Shown here one piece after another: positions 12,590 to 25,180 of a stretch of 64,000 nucleotides of DNA. This stretch comes from Carcharhinus amblyrhynchos (Eukaryota). The notes beneath the pieces were generated by a model that did no database searches, was not told where the DNA came from, and saw only the letters and a program-made list of their open reading frames with translations. The translations under genes and the position numbers were made by a program. The first letter of the stretch is position 1. Each line of letters begins with the position of its first letter. The stretch is from contig OZ336885.1 in assembly GCA_965287045.1 (NCBI GenBank), positions 64,418,001 through 64,482,000 on the forward strand, given 5' to 3'.

Positions 12590-13775
12590 TCATTTCATGG
12601 TTCTCCACTTTGGCAGAAATAATAGTAGGAGGGATTACTATTTAACGGGCGAAAAGCTGCAGCATGCTACAGTGCAGAGGGACCTGGGGGTCCTTGTGCA
12701 TGAGTCGCAAAAACCCAGTTTGCAGGTGCAGCAGGTGATCAAGAAGTCGAATGGAATGCTATACTTTAAAGCGTGTGGGATAGAATATAAAAGTAGGGAG
12801 GTCTTGGTGCAACTCTACAGGGTAACGGTGAGGCCGCAGCTGGAGAACTGTGTGCAGTTTTGGTCGCCGCACTTGCGGAATCATATATTGGTCATGGAGG
12901 GAGTGCAGAGGAGGATCACTGGGCTGATACCGGAGATGATGGGGTTGGACTATGAAGAGAGACTAAATAGACTGGGTCTGTACTGGCTGGAGTTCAGAAG
13001 GATGAGGGGGGATCTTATAGAGACGAATAAGATAATGAAAGGAATGGATAGAACATAAGAACAGAAGAAATAGGAGCAGGAGTAGGCCATCTAGCCCTTC
13101 GAACCTGCCCCGCCATTCAATAAGATCATGGCTGATCTGTCGTGGCTCAGTTCCACATTCCCGCCCTCTCCCCATAACCCTTAATCCCCTCGCTTATCAA
13201 AAACCCATCAAACCGCGTCTTAAAAATACTTAGCGAGGCAGCCTCCACCACCCCAACGGGTAGAGAATTCCAGAGATACGCCACCCTTTGAGTGAAGAAG
13301 TTCCTCCTCAACTGCGTTCTAACCCCCCCCCCCCCCCCCCCCTCTTTACCTTGAGGCTGTGCCCCCTAGTCTTACTGTCCCTTCTGAACGAGAAGAGTCT
13401 CTCCACCTCTAGGGTAGAGGTAGAGAGATTATTCCCGCTTAGAAAGGATGGCAAGACTAGAGGGCACAGCCTCAAGATAAGGCGGGGGGGGGGGGGGGTG
13501 GAGATTAAATCGGAGCTGATGAGGAACTTCCTCACTCAAAGGGTGGTGAATCTCTGGAATCCTCTGCCCGTTGAAGTGGTGGAGGCTTCCTACCTAAACA
13601 GATTTAAGTTACGGGTAGATAGGTTTTTTGACAGGCAGGGGAATTAAGAGTTATGGGGAGAAAGCGGAAAAGTGGAACTGATCCACTTCAGATCAGCTAT
13701 GATCTTATTGAATGGGGAGCAGGCTCGAAGAGATCGATGGCCTACTCCTGCTCCTGTTTCTTATGTTAATATGTT
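12590..13775 (+). mobile_element. CR1 3' fragment interrupted by an inverted younger CR1 piece
   Basis: HFGRNN..DLGVLVHESQK ORF at 12590-13050 resumes at ~13411 and runs to the 3' tail. Confidence 0.9.
13051..13410 (-). mobile_element. Nested young CR1 3' end (~360 bp)
   Basis: Reverse complement closely matches 11058-11410. Confidence 0.9.
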
Positions 13776-14836
13776 CTTGTTGATAGCAGCACTGTAGTGC
13801 AGGAAGCCATTCACGTGAAGAAAGTGTAAGAAAATTTAGTTGCAATTGGGAACAGCAAATGTGCGGCAGTAGATATTGTTCTCTGTGACCAGATTCGAGA
13901 GACCTGCACGTTGTGTTGCCGAACTGGTGCAAGGGTCAGGATATCTCATCTAGGTTGCAGAGGAACTTGGGGTGTGCGGTTAAAGTTTACGTGGTCGACG
14001 TAGTTACCAACAGCATAGATAAAACAGGTCAGAGGCTCTGTTCAAGGACCATAAGGTGCGAAGAGAGACATGTTAAAAAAAAACAACAAAAAGGGTAATC
14101 ATTTCTGGATTCAAGGCTAAGGCACGAGCAAATTGGCAAAGAGGCAATAAGATTACGCAGGTCAATGCGTGGCTTAAAGATTGATGTGGGAGGAACATAT
14201 TTGAATTCCTGGGACACTGGTACCAGCACTGAGGAAGACGGGATCAGTGCCAATGAGACAGTCATCATTCAACATATGCTGGACCGAAACCGTCGGCGAT
14301 GTTATCACTGGCAATGGAGATAGCAGTTCAAACTGAACAGAGCGACTGTTCAGTTTCAGGGGAAATTGGAAATTCAAATTGAAAGAGGAGGTAAGAATGC
14401 AAGTTAGGAACGTGGTTGATGATAACCAGACAACGACAGAGAGGGATAGAAAGGGTGATTGTTTTTATGCACCGAATTATAAACGGGAAGGTAAATTTCG
14501 TGGTAGAAAAAAAATTATTCATTTTTTAAATGTATACCTTAAAAGGTCCCCATATCAGCTTGAAAGCTGTGTCCAGTAACCATTGCACCCGCGGACAATA
14601 ACAGTTGCTCCCTTGGAAGAGTGCAGAGGATACATCATTCGATTGATCAAATTCATCAAACTAATTCATTGGATCCCTAGTGACATGTCTTAACTCCGAA
14701 TGCCTGTTTTTTTTTTCCACACACCCTAATATATTCTGAAGCCAACAACGTTCAGTTGGATAATATCTAACAGTTTGGCGAAAATGGAATGTTGCACCTC
14801 AGAAACACGACTGATACAGAATGTCCAGTCACTCAT

Positions 14837-14866
14837 CAGGCTTTGTTGTTGATGGTTTTGACCAGC
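14837..14866 (-). pseudogene. 30-nt micro-exon (G)WSKPSTTKP with dead donor
   Basis: Acceptor intact; donor reads atgagt. Confidence 0.65.
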
Positions 14867-15209
14867 CTGAAGGAAAACAAGAGAGCATAGTTTTGTTTTT
14901 ATTTTGTATGCTTACTCATTGCAGAAGGGATTCTGAATTCATGAGTTCCTCTGATATGAACACAAATATTCGGGCCTGATTTCCTTATCAATGGATGACC
15001 TAGTGTTAACTTGCACAACATCAATTAACTTACTTAAAATAACTAACTGTAACTCAGTCACTTGTGAGGGACAGAGGCTATGAGTGAGGCAGGTAGAGGA
15101 ATCGTGAGATAAGTTTGCAGGAGTCTGCGCCATTGTCCTTGTCCAGCTGGTTCGAGATTATTGTTTCCTGTGTAGACGGGAAAGGGTACTGAAGGGCGAA
15201 TGAACCCAT

Positions 15210-16025
15210 TTATTTTCATGGTTATCCACTTTGGCAGAAATAATAGTAGGAGGGATTACTATTTAACGGGCGAAAAGCTGCAGCATGCTACGGTGCAGAG
15301 GAACCTGGGGGTCCTTGTGCATGAGTCGCAAAAACCCAGTTTGCAGGTGCAGAAGGTGATCAAGAAGGCGAATGGAATGCTAGCCTTTATAGTGAGGGGG
15401 ATAGAATATAGAAGTAGGAAGTTCTTTCTGCAACTATACAGGGTACTGGTGAGGTCGCAGCTGGAGAACTGTGTGCAGTTTTGGTCGCCGCGCTTGCGGA
15501 ACCATATATTGGCCTTGGGGGGAGTGCAGAGGAGGATCACGAGGCTGATACCGGAGATGAGGGGGTTGGACTATGAAGAGAGACTGAATAGACTGGGCCT
15601 GTATCGTCGGAGTTTAGAAGGATGAGGGGGGATCTTATAGAGACGAATAAGATAATGAAGGGGATGGATAGGGTAGAGATTATTCCCACTTAGAAAGGAT
15701 AGCAGGACGAGAGAGCACAGCGTCAAGATAAGGGAGGGGGGGGGTGCAGTTAGATTGGGGTTGAGGAGGAATTTCCTCACTCAAAAGGTGGTGAATCTCT
15801 GGAATTCTCCGCCCGTTGAAGTGGTGGAGGCCATCTCGCTAAATAGATTTAAGTCACGGGTAGATAGGTTTTTGGCAGGGAGGGGAATTAATGGTTATGG
15901 GGAGAAAGCGAGAAAGTGGAACGTATCCACTTCAGATCAGCGATGATCTTATTGAATGGCGCAGCAGGCCTGAAGGGCTCGATGGCCTGCTCCTGCTCCT
16001 ATTTCTTATGTTCTTACATTCTTAT
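15210..16025 (+). mobile_element. CR1 3' fragment at the same unit position as the 12590 insertion
   Basis: Same 5' junction (atgaaccca..tttcatggtt..ccactttggcag) and same 3' flank. Confidence 0.9.
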
Positions 16026-17078
16026 TGTTAGCAGCACCGTCGTGCAGGGAGCCATTCACGTGAAGAAAGTGTAAGGAAATTTAGTTACAATTGGGAACAG
16101 CAAATGTGCGGCAGTCGATATTGTTCTCTGTGACCAGATTCGAGAGACCTGCACGTTGTGCTGCCGAACAGGTCCACGGGTCAGGATATCTCATCTCGGT
16201 TGCAGAGGAACTTCGAGTGCGCGGTTAAAGTTTACGTTGTCCACGTAGTTACGAACAACATAGATAAAACAAGGTCAGAGGCTCCGTTCAAGGAGCATGG
16301 AACATGAGGAACTTAAAGAAACATGTAAAACAAGACACGACCAAAAGGGTAATCATTTCTGGATTCAAAACTAAGGCACGAGCAAATTGGCAAAGGGGCA
16401 ATAACATTATGCAGGTCAATGCGTGGCTTAAAGTTTGATGTGGGAGGAACATATTTGAATTCCTGGGACACCGGCACCAGCACTGAGGAAGACGGGATCA
16501 GTGTCAATGTGACAGTCATCCTTCAACATATGCTGGACCGAAACCTTAGCCCGTGTTATCACTGGTGATGGAGATAGCAGTTCAAACTGAACAGGGGGAC
16601 AAATTCAGATTCAGGGGAAATTGGAAATTCAAATTGAAGGAGGAGGTAAGAATGCAAGTTAGTAATGTGGCAGATTATAACCAGACAATGAAAGAGAGGG
16701 ATAGAAAGGGTCAAATCTTTATGCACCGGATTATAAACGAGTAGGTAAGTTTCGAGATAGAACAATTTTTTTTAATGCATCCCTTAAAATGTCCCCATGT
16801 CAGCTTCCATTTGTGTCCAATACCCATTGCACCCGTGAACAATAACAATTGCACCCTTGGAAGGGGGATGATGATACATTATTCAACTGCTCCAATTCAT
16901 CAAAATATTTCATCCGATCCCTACTCATATGCCTTAACTCCGAATACCAGTTTGTTTTTTCCACACCTTAATATGTTCCGATGCCAACAACTTTCTGTTG
17001 CATAATATCTAACATTTTGTCGAAAATGGAATGTTGCCCGTCAGAAACTCAACTGATACAGAATGTTCAGCCACTCAC

Positions 17079-17108
17079 CAGGCTTTGTTGATGTAGGACT
17101 ACTCCTGT
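17079..17108 (-). pseudogene. 30-nt mucin-like micro-exon (D)RSSPTSTKP
   Basis: gcatttaaacag|ACAGGAGTAGTCCTACATCAACAAAGCCTG|gtgagt. Confidence 0.65.
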
Positions 17109-17149
17109 CTGTTTAAATGCACAAAGCATTCGGGAAAAAAAAATGAGTT

Positions 17150-20100
17150 CGTTGAACAAACATAAATAAAACGCTCTGATTTGCTGGCAACGACTGAGAC
17201 AAGCTTATAAGGAGGGCAGGAATGAAAATTGAATATTAAAAGGAGCTCATCATTTCGGAATGATGGATTGAAATTAAAAACTTTTGGTGCAACTTTGTTG
17301 GTGAAGCAAATGGATCAGAACTCTAATGAGAAATGACATAACCACTGGAGATCAACATGTGGAATAAGTCTGGATAGAGATAAAAGAAAACAATAGCAAA
17401 GCATAGATGAACTCGGTAGTAATAATCTTGAGGTTAACAAGATGTAGTTTCACAATTAGTTGCAATATAAACCAGGAAGTACCGGAGGTTTGCAAGAAAA
17501 GTATGCCAATAATCACCGGAGATTGTAATATGCACATACATTGGAAAAATCAAAATGGCAAAGGTAGCCTGGAGGCCGTGTTCATTGAATGTATTAGATA
17601 CTGTTTCTTGGAACAATATGTTCTGGAACCACCGAGGAAGCTGGTTACTCTGGATTTGACACTGTTTAATGAGAAGAGGATAATTGATATCCTCATAGTT
17701 CAGGATCCTCTGGGGACTCGTGACCATAAGTATGATAACATTCAAAATTCAATTTGGGGGTGAGAAAGCAGAGCCAGACAAAAGTGTTCTGGAATTAAAC
17801 ACAATAAAATACACAGATAAGGAGATAGTTTTCACCCGAAGCAAGTGGGCAGAAAGTCTACATGTAGTGCAGAGGGTGAGCAGTGTCAATTGTTTAAGAG
17901 ATGCTCAAGTCCTCCCGAATAAAATGTATCCGAGTGAAGATAAACAATAATAAGTTTTGTAAGGCATCCATGATTAAGCAATAAGTTCAAGTACAATATA
18001 ATGGGGAGCACGGTGTTTAAGTGGTTCGCACCGTTGCCTCAAAGGACCAGTGACACAAGCTCGATGCCCGCCTTGGGGACTGTGTTGAGTTTGCATGTTC
18101 TTCCCTTAACTGCATGAGTTTCCTCTGGCTGCTCCTGTTTCCTCCTATAATGTCAAAGACGTGCTACTTTGGTGCATTGGCCCGAACGGGCGTAGAGTTT
18201 GGCGACGAGAAGAATTTCACAGTATATTTATTGCAGTGTTAATGCGAGCCTTATTTGTGATAAATAAATAAACTGTTAAGGTACAAAATATTGCGAAGGC
18301 CAGTGGCAGCTTGACGACTGGGAAACTTTCAAAAATAAAGAAGTAGAAAATAATAAAAAAAAATAAAACACAGTTAAATTGCAAAAGGAAACAAACACAG
18401 TTTAGGATGGCAAAAAAAATGGTGGGTATATAAATGAGAAGAAAAACACTCGGGTGAATTTCCGTAACTTGGAAGATGATCCCTGATAGTTTACTGTGGG
18501 GAACGCTGACATGGCAGAGATGCTAACTCAATCTTTTGGCTCAGTTTTCACGATGGAGGACATTATACAAATCCTGTAGTAACGCGTAAGTCAGATGGAA
18601 GTGAACGGTCGAATTATAATATTCCACATCGATAGGGAAAATACACTGACCAAACTACTGGGATTGAGCGTAGGTAAACGCCATGGAAATGGTAGATTAT
18701 ATCCATGGTTATCAAAGACAGTGACAGTGGAGATAGCGGATCCATTGGTTATAATATTTCAACAATTTCCTGGAAACAAGAAAGGGCCCAATGTATTGAA
18801 AAATGCGAAAGTGACGCCCTTATTCAAAAAAGGGAGGGAGCCAACATGTATTAAATTACAGAACAGTTACTTTGACATCTGTTGTTGGCAAAGAGCTAAA
18901 ATCAGTCATTGAGGACGCAATATCATAACATTTGGAAAGTCAAAACACCATCAATCAGAGCGTGGTTTTCTAAAATGTAACTCATGTTTGACTATTTGTA
19001 TAGAGTTCGTCCAGATTGTAATAATCAAAGTGAATATTAGCGATCCTGTAGATGTTATATAGCTGGACATCCGGAAGGTGATTGACAATGTGCCAGACAA
19101 AAGGTTAATTCACAAGATTATTTCTCATGGGATTAGGGATGATTTATTAACTTGAATAGGTGACTGACGGATGGACAGAAGAAAGAGACTCAGAATAAAT
19201 GAGTTTTGTTTTGGATCCCAAGAAGTAACTATTGGTGTTCCTCAGGGAGTTGTACTCGGGCCCCAACTACTCAAAACCTTTACTAACGATCTGGAGGCAG
19301 GGGTAAAAGTCCCTGTTGTCAAGTTGAGCATGACACAAACGTAGGCAGGACAGTACCATGCAATGAGGGAATAAGAACCTCGTAAGTTGATATAGAGAGG
19401 TTTTGAGTGTGGGCCAAAATGTGGCAGCAGTAGTTTAATGTTAGTAAGCCTAGGTTGTGCATTTTGGTTGGAAAAAAAAGGATAGGCAACTTATTATCTA
19501 AATGGAGAGAAACTTTGGGGTGCTCCACTGCAGAGGGATCTGGGTGCCATCGTTCATATGGGACAGAAAACTAGCAGGTAATAAAGAAAACAAAGGACAT
19601 ATTGGCATTTGCAGCTAAGGGGGCAGAATATTAGCCTACAGAAGTATTGCTACCACTTTACAGGGCATTAGTGAAGTCGCACCAGGAGTAGTATGGATTG
19701 CATTTCAAGGAGAGATGTTCTCGCATTGCAAGAGATTCAGAAGAGTTTCACTTGCTTGATTACAGAGATGTAGGGGTTTGTCACATGACAAGAGATTGAA
19801 CAGTTTTACCTATTCTCTCTGGAATTTAGAAGAATTAGAGGAAATTAAATTGATGTATACAACATGACAAAACGTATGGATAGAGAAGACACGGAGTGGA
19901 TACTAAGACAAGTGGTGATTGGCTGAGGAAAGGGGACAGCAAATTTAAAGCAAAGTTGAAGAAAAAAAAAACTTCTCACACAGTGTTGTGATTCCGTGTA
20001 ATTGCTGTCCATTTGTGTGGTGAATGCTCGGAAAGTGAGTAAATTTAAAGAGGAGCTGGACAAACATTTAATTGGTAATAGGTTGAAAGGTAATAGGAGA

Positions 20101-20195
20101 AGGCAGCGAAATTCAGATAAGGCTCATATCAATTAGGATCGAATGGCACAGCGGGCTGGATTGGCCAAATGGCCTAATTCTGCTCCAATAACTTA
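17150..20195 (+). mobile_element. Old, near full-length CR1 ORF2 remnant
   Basis: IITGDCN..FLEQYVLEP..LDL (endonuclease), AKVTPLFKKG, GVPQG, and a 3' UTR ending tgctccaataacttat. Confidence 0.85.
18003..18275 (+). mobile_element. HE1-related SINE nested in CR1
   Basis: ggggagcacggtg..agtggtt.gcac..ttgcctca head and gagtttgcatgttct core. Confidence 0.7.
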
Positions 20196-20253
20196 TTGGT
20201 GTGTGAAATTATGATCGTCTATTGAGGTTCTTTGGCAAATTCTAACTATATAC

Positions 20254-20587
20254 CATGACAGGACTCTCCGAATTTGACACAGTCGCACATGTTCTCTACG
20301 GCCAATTCTTCAGAATGTCATCATGTTTGTTACACCACAGAATGAAATGACACTGTGCGTTATCTGTGGATTGTTTTCATGCATGGTATTTACTTTCAAC
20401 CCTGCTGCTCGAAGATTAAGTAAATATGTATCATGCAAATATTTACCAATTTCTCGACTGAAAGTCTCCAACACGTCTTCAATCCTCCATACCAACACGC
20501 AAACATAATGATACATTGGGTAACGCTACACTGAATTTCGTCATGTTATCAATTGTATCTGAAGCCGGTTACCTGGAAATTCCTTTT
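20254..20587 (-). pseudogene. Degenerate Ig C1-like exon
   Basis: ttttttgtctcacag acceptor and CATG|gtatat donor; YVCVLV, THSVISFCGVT (TYSxxSxLxV-like), RTCAT. Confidence 0.5.
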
Positions 20588-20804
20588 CTGTGAGACAAAA
20601 AAAAGGAAATAATTATCACTCTGCTTTTCCAATATATTATTATTATTCCTGATCATGAAATCCGTACATATCGACTGTGTGTATTTAAAAATATATATAT
20701 TTTTGGAAAGCAGATGCAAATGAAAGCCCAGCAAGAAGGAAAAAAAAAACAAAGGCCAAAGCAAACACATTGTTGCCCTTGGTCATTTTCTGTCGGCACC
20801 TCAC

Positions 20805-21175
20805 TCGAAATGATTGCATTATTTTGTCCCTATAGTCTAAATTGTGTTGATGAATTGGCAGATCTATTGATGTAGATTTCCTTCCATGTCATGTTATCTG
20901 ACGCAAACAATTGTCAGTGAAATGGTTATTTCCGTCAGATGTCTGGTACGGACGAGAAAGATCACAAAGTGATCAAACTTGGCAGGTTTATTTGCGCGCC
21001 CATTCTGCACACCAATTGTGCAGCAACACCAGATCATGGAGCTGGTCATATTAAACAACATAAACCAGTTATCATATCAATGGAGATGAATCCAGAAATA
21101 ATGACGTCCAAATAAAATGACGCTGAGGTTAATGCGATTTGTTCAGAGTCAATTGTCTTCTGATTGACCCGGGCA
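20805..21175 (-). pseudogene. Degenerate V domain with joined JH-like end
   Basis: FNMTSSMIW, ISLTI..VR.HD, then TTAGACTATAGGGACAA (close to DYWGQ coding) and donor gtgagg. Confidence 0.55.
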
Positions 21176-21269
21176 ACATAGAAAACAAGAAAATACGTGT
21201 ATGTGTTATATCAGAAAATACGTTCCACTATTTTAATATTGATTTTGTTAATTAACTCAAATGATGAAA

Positions 21270-21999
21270 CATTCAATTCATTCATGTCTCAGCTGAAAAA
21301 GAAAAATAACAAATATGTGATACTGCTGAACTAATTGTGAATCCCTTTGACGTTTGTCAACCTATCTATAATGCATCACTTATGTTTTTCTAGATATTGT
21401 GTAACTTGTGTCAAGCATATCTGCTGGCTTCGATTAAAGTATGCAAAACACGTCATTTTTTTCACCGATGCTTAATTCTGTCAGCATTATGTCCAACTTA
21501 CTTGTTTTCTTTAGGTCTGCTTTACATTTTAAGGCTTCTGTAATCGTTCAAAAAATGACACTTCAGCCAATAGGTCAGGAAACAGCATTTACTTACGTTG
21601 GTCGAGTACGCCTATGGCACAGTAACTACATATAATCCACAATTATATATTCACATTTCTTCTGTTTTATTTCTAACTAATTGAGCTACTGACGCGATGT
21701 TACGATCCCATGATGCCTTATCTTGCAGAGTTTTTTTTGTTCACTCCTATGCGACTGAGGTGAGTAGATTGCATTTTGTTCATCAATTCAAAAAGGCATA
21801 CTGTGCTGCCATTTTTTCAGGATTATTGTAAGCTACCATCCCTAAACGGTGTAAGTTTACTATGATAACCGGCGGACCACATTTTATCTTTGTAACAATT
21901 AAATATTCCTCTTCCGCCCACTCCGGGGTAAAATCATGCAATTCCATCATTGAAGTGCATTGGCCCATGTGAACAGATCGTGGAGGAAAAATGCTCAAC
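21270..21999 (-). pseudogene. Two adjacent degenerate C1 domains
   Basis: First: LSIFPP..LHDFTPE..LCKIRHHG. Second: ALKCKA..TSYTISR..SSAVSH. Confidence 0.55.
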
Positions 22000-22071
22000 C
22001 TGTTCTACTTATACGTTTTTAAGATGAGCGTTTTGTCAAACGGTACATCAACCTGACATATTCAGACTTAC

Positions 22072-22438
22072 CGGCATGTTATGGTTCTCATCGACAAGGA
22101 AAATATATTAAATCGACCAACATGCCCGCCGAGACGTTGCAGTGCGCGTTTCTGGAGTCGAGTTCTTATGTCGATTGGAGGCGAATGACTGGACCAAAGA
22201 AAATGGGATTTAAAGCAGAGAGATTACTCAGAGCAGAAGTGTCACTTATTTCCATTATCGTGGTGCAATTCCACAGGGATTTGAGTGAACGATCATCAGA
22301 GGGACGCACCACCGAAGCCTTTCACAATGCTCGAAATGCTGCCATTTTCCACATGTTTCAATTCAAAAAGGGAACTTGGCGGCCTCACATCCGAACCGGA
22401 GTTCAGTTGTAGGTGGCTCGAAAGGGCAGGCAGCGGTT
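22072..22438 (-). pseudogene. Degenerate C1 exon
   Basis: ttttctccacag acceptor and gtaagt donor; VRPPSSLFELKHVENGSISSIVKGF (PPSxxEL..CxVKGF-like) and GGHVG. Confidence 0.6.
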
Positions 22439-23029
22439 CTGTGGAGAAAAGTAAATATAACAGAGGGGAAAAATGAGAGGCGAAAATAAAATAAAAATGC
22501 ATGGCTTTCTACAGGTGCCTTACATTGCTAATTGGGTTGCATTGTTAGTAAGGAATGAATTTAAATTGATGGCAAAAAGTAAAATCGGATCAGAAGGCAT
22601 ACAATCTCTGTGGGTCGAGTTGACCAATCGCAAAGGTAAAAATGGACAGATTGGAGACGTGCACGGACCTTCTGGCAGTCGTCAGATGTGGGGCAGAACA
22701 TGACTCAAAAGATAGAAAATGTATATAAAAAAAACAGTGTTACAATAATCAAAGGGGACTTCAATACGCAGGTGGACTAGGAAATTCGTTGGTAGTGATT
22801 CCGAAGAATATTAATTTGTGGAATGTCTAAGGGATGGGATTCTGTGGCAGGTTTGGACAGACCCTACTGGGGAACATGACATTCTGGGTTTGGTGAAGTG
22901 TAATGAGGCAGACGTGACTTGGGAACTTATGATGTGGGAACTTTATGGAGCAATGACCACACTGTGATATAAGTTACCCTTCTGTTTGAGAGGGAGGGGA
23001 TGAAATCAGGTGTAATAGTATTACATAGC

Positions 23030-23372
23030 GTCATAGAAAAAATAGAAACCATCCAGTGCAGACGGAGGTCATTCGGCCCATCGTATCTCCACTGACCACT
23101 AACCCACCCAGGCCCTACCTTCATATCCCTACATATTTTACCTGCTAATCCCTCTTACATACGCATCTCAGGACACTAATGGACAATTTTAGCATGGCCA
23201 ATCAACCAAACCCGCACACCTTTGGCCTGCAGAAGGACACTGGAGCATCCGGTGGGAACTTTCGCAGACACGAGGAGAATGTGCAAACCCCACACAGGCA
23301 GCAACCCGTGAATCGAACCCAGATCCATGGAGCTGTGAAACAGCATTGCTAATCAGTGTGCTACCGTGCCAC
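23030..23372 (-). mobile_element. HE1-type SINE
   Basis: Reverse complement begins ggtggcacggtagcacactgattagc. Confidence 0.8.
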
Positions 23373-24477
23373 CCTTATTATAATTAAATAAAGGTAGCGA
23401 CAAAAACATGGGGGAGTAGCTGGCCAGGGTTATTTGGTAGGGGAGCCTATCTGGGAAGACAGGTGAACAGGGAGCATAACAGGAATTCATTCCAAAGCAC
23501 GAAAACAAAACATGATAAGGGGAGGACAAGATATTATGGGTGACGAGGGACGCCAATGACAGCATAAAAAACAAAATAAAAAACGCACAAAGTGGCAAGT
23601 ATGGTGGGAAGCGAGAGGATTGGGAAGCGCCTAACAAAGAGAGGAGGACAACTAAAAAAACAATAGTGGTGAGTGGTTGCGGGGTGGGGTGGTGGTGAGG
23701 GCCGAGAGAAGATGAAATAAGAGTATAAAGACGACCTAGCAATATAAAAGAAGATAGGGATCGTAGGCATTGGACCACTAGCAATGAGGCTGGGTAAGTA
23801 ATAATAGGAAACAAAACAATGGCATAGGAAGTGAATAATTACATTGCATCAGTCTTCACGGTCGAAGAAACCAGTGACGTGCTCGAGCTCCATGGGAGTC
23901 GAGGGCACAGGTGAGTGTAGTGGCAATAAATAAGAAGAAGGTTCTGAGAAAAGGGAAAGGTTTCAAGTTGCATAAAGCACCTGGACCGGAAGGACTACAC
24001 TCCAGGTTTCCAAAATAGATGGCTGAGGAAATTGTGTAGTCTTCGGTGCTGATCTTTCAGAAATCACAGGAGACAGGCAGGGTACCAGAGGACTGGAAAA
24101 TAACGAAACTAACATTGCTGTTTAAGAAGGGAGGGAGGCAACAGACGGGACATTTCAGGTCAGTTAGCCTGACTTTGGTCATTGGCAAGGTTTTAGAGTT
24201 CATTATTTTCGATGAGATCGCAGAAGACTTGGGCCTGCATTATAAAGTAGGACTGAGTGAGCACCGCTTTGTCAAGGGGAGGTCATGTCTACAAAATTTG
24301 TCGAAGTTATTGAGGAGACAATAAGGAATGTCAGTAAAAGGGGACCAGTGGGCATGATTTAATTAGTTTTCCGGAAGGCCTTTGACAGGGTGCTGCATAA
24401 GAGCCAGTTAAATAAGTTAATTCCCCATGGTGGTGTATGAAAGATCCTGACATGGCTAGAAGACTGTGTAACTGGCA

Positions 24478-25180
24478 GTCTTAACGTTGTTGCCCGGGGA
24501 AGACATCTGCAACCACGCCAGCCGATGCAAATCGAGCCCGCACTGCCTGGCACCTTCACCAGCATTAACCTAAACGTTGTTGCATGTGGCTGAGAGCTGA
24601 TACCGCGCCAATGGCTGCAAATCGTGCCCATCCATTCCGAAGCCTTCCCGGAGCCTTGTCTGAACATTAAGGCCTGTGGAAGAGGCTTGCAACTCCGCCA
24701 GCCGCTGCCAACAGAGCCCGCACCGCTTGACACCTTCACCCGATATCAACCTGAACGTGCTGCACGGGGCAGAGAGATGAAAACCCGCCAATGGCTGCAA
24801 ATAATTAGCAACCTCCCTCCCAACCCCCGCTCCAACGCCTCTCCCCGAGCCTAGTCCGAACATTGATACACGTGTAAGATACCTGTAACCCTCCAGTCGC
24901 AGCACATGAAGCCCGCACCGACTGACACCTTCACCGACATTAACCTGAACCTTGCTGCCCATGGCCGAGAACTGACACCCCGCCATCGGCTGCACATCGT
25001 TCCCGTCCCCTGCAATGCCTTGCCCCCGAGCCTTGTCTGAACATTGATGTCCGGGGAACTCGCTGCAAATCGAGCCGGTAGCGCCTGACAACTTCACCGA
25101 AACTAACCTGAAAGTTGCTGCCTGTGGCAGAGAACTGAAACCCCTCCAGTACCTGCAAATCGTGTCCGCCCCCTCCAAAT
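24478..25180. repeat. ~90-bp degenerate tandem repeat (~8 units) inserted in CR1
   Basis: Recurring (acct)gaacgttgctgc..gcaaatcgagcccgcac near 24483, 24572, 24663, 24754, 24859, 24948, 25040 and 25111. Confidence 0.75.

Larger units (their letters stand above)
6772..17092. repeat. Tandem array of a ~1.4-kb unit (4 full copies plus 1 partial), each carrying a micro-exon and old CR1 fragments
   Basis: Units start at cttaaaa(t/g)g near 6773, 8184, 11916, 14538 and 16783 and are colinear apart from younger CR1 insertions. Confidence 0.9.

Noticed and set aside
6772-17092. Repeated ORFs in the tandem units (e.g. MKEEVRM.., MMTVSLALIPSS..) as a novel gene family
   Set aside because: They are alternative frames of decayed CR1 ORF1 and CR1 3' fragments, with stops that differ between copies.
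20573-20587. 15-nt micro-exon EKEFP with donor gtaacc
   Set aside because: Better explained as the start of the 334-nt C1-like exon, although use as a cryptic donor is possible.
24478-25180. CRISPR-like array, or the 202-aa ORF as a gene
   Set aside because: Eukaryotic context, degenerate tandem units without unique spacers, and a GC-rich repeat that produces spurious ORFs.
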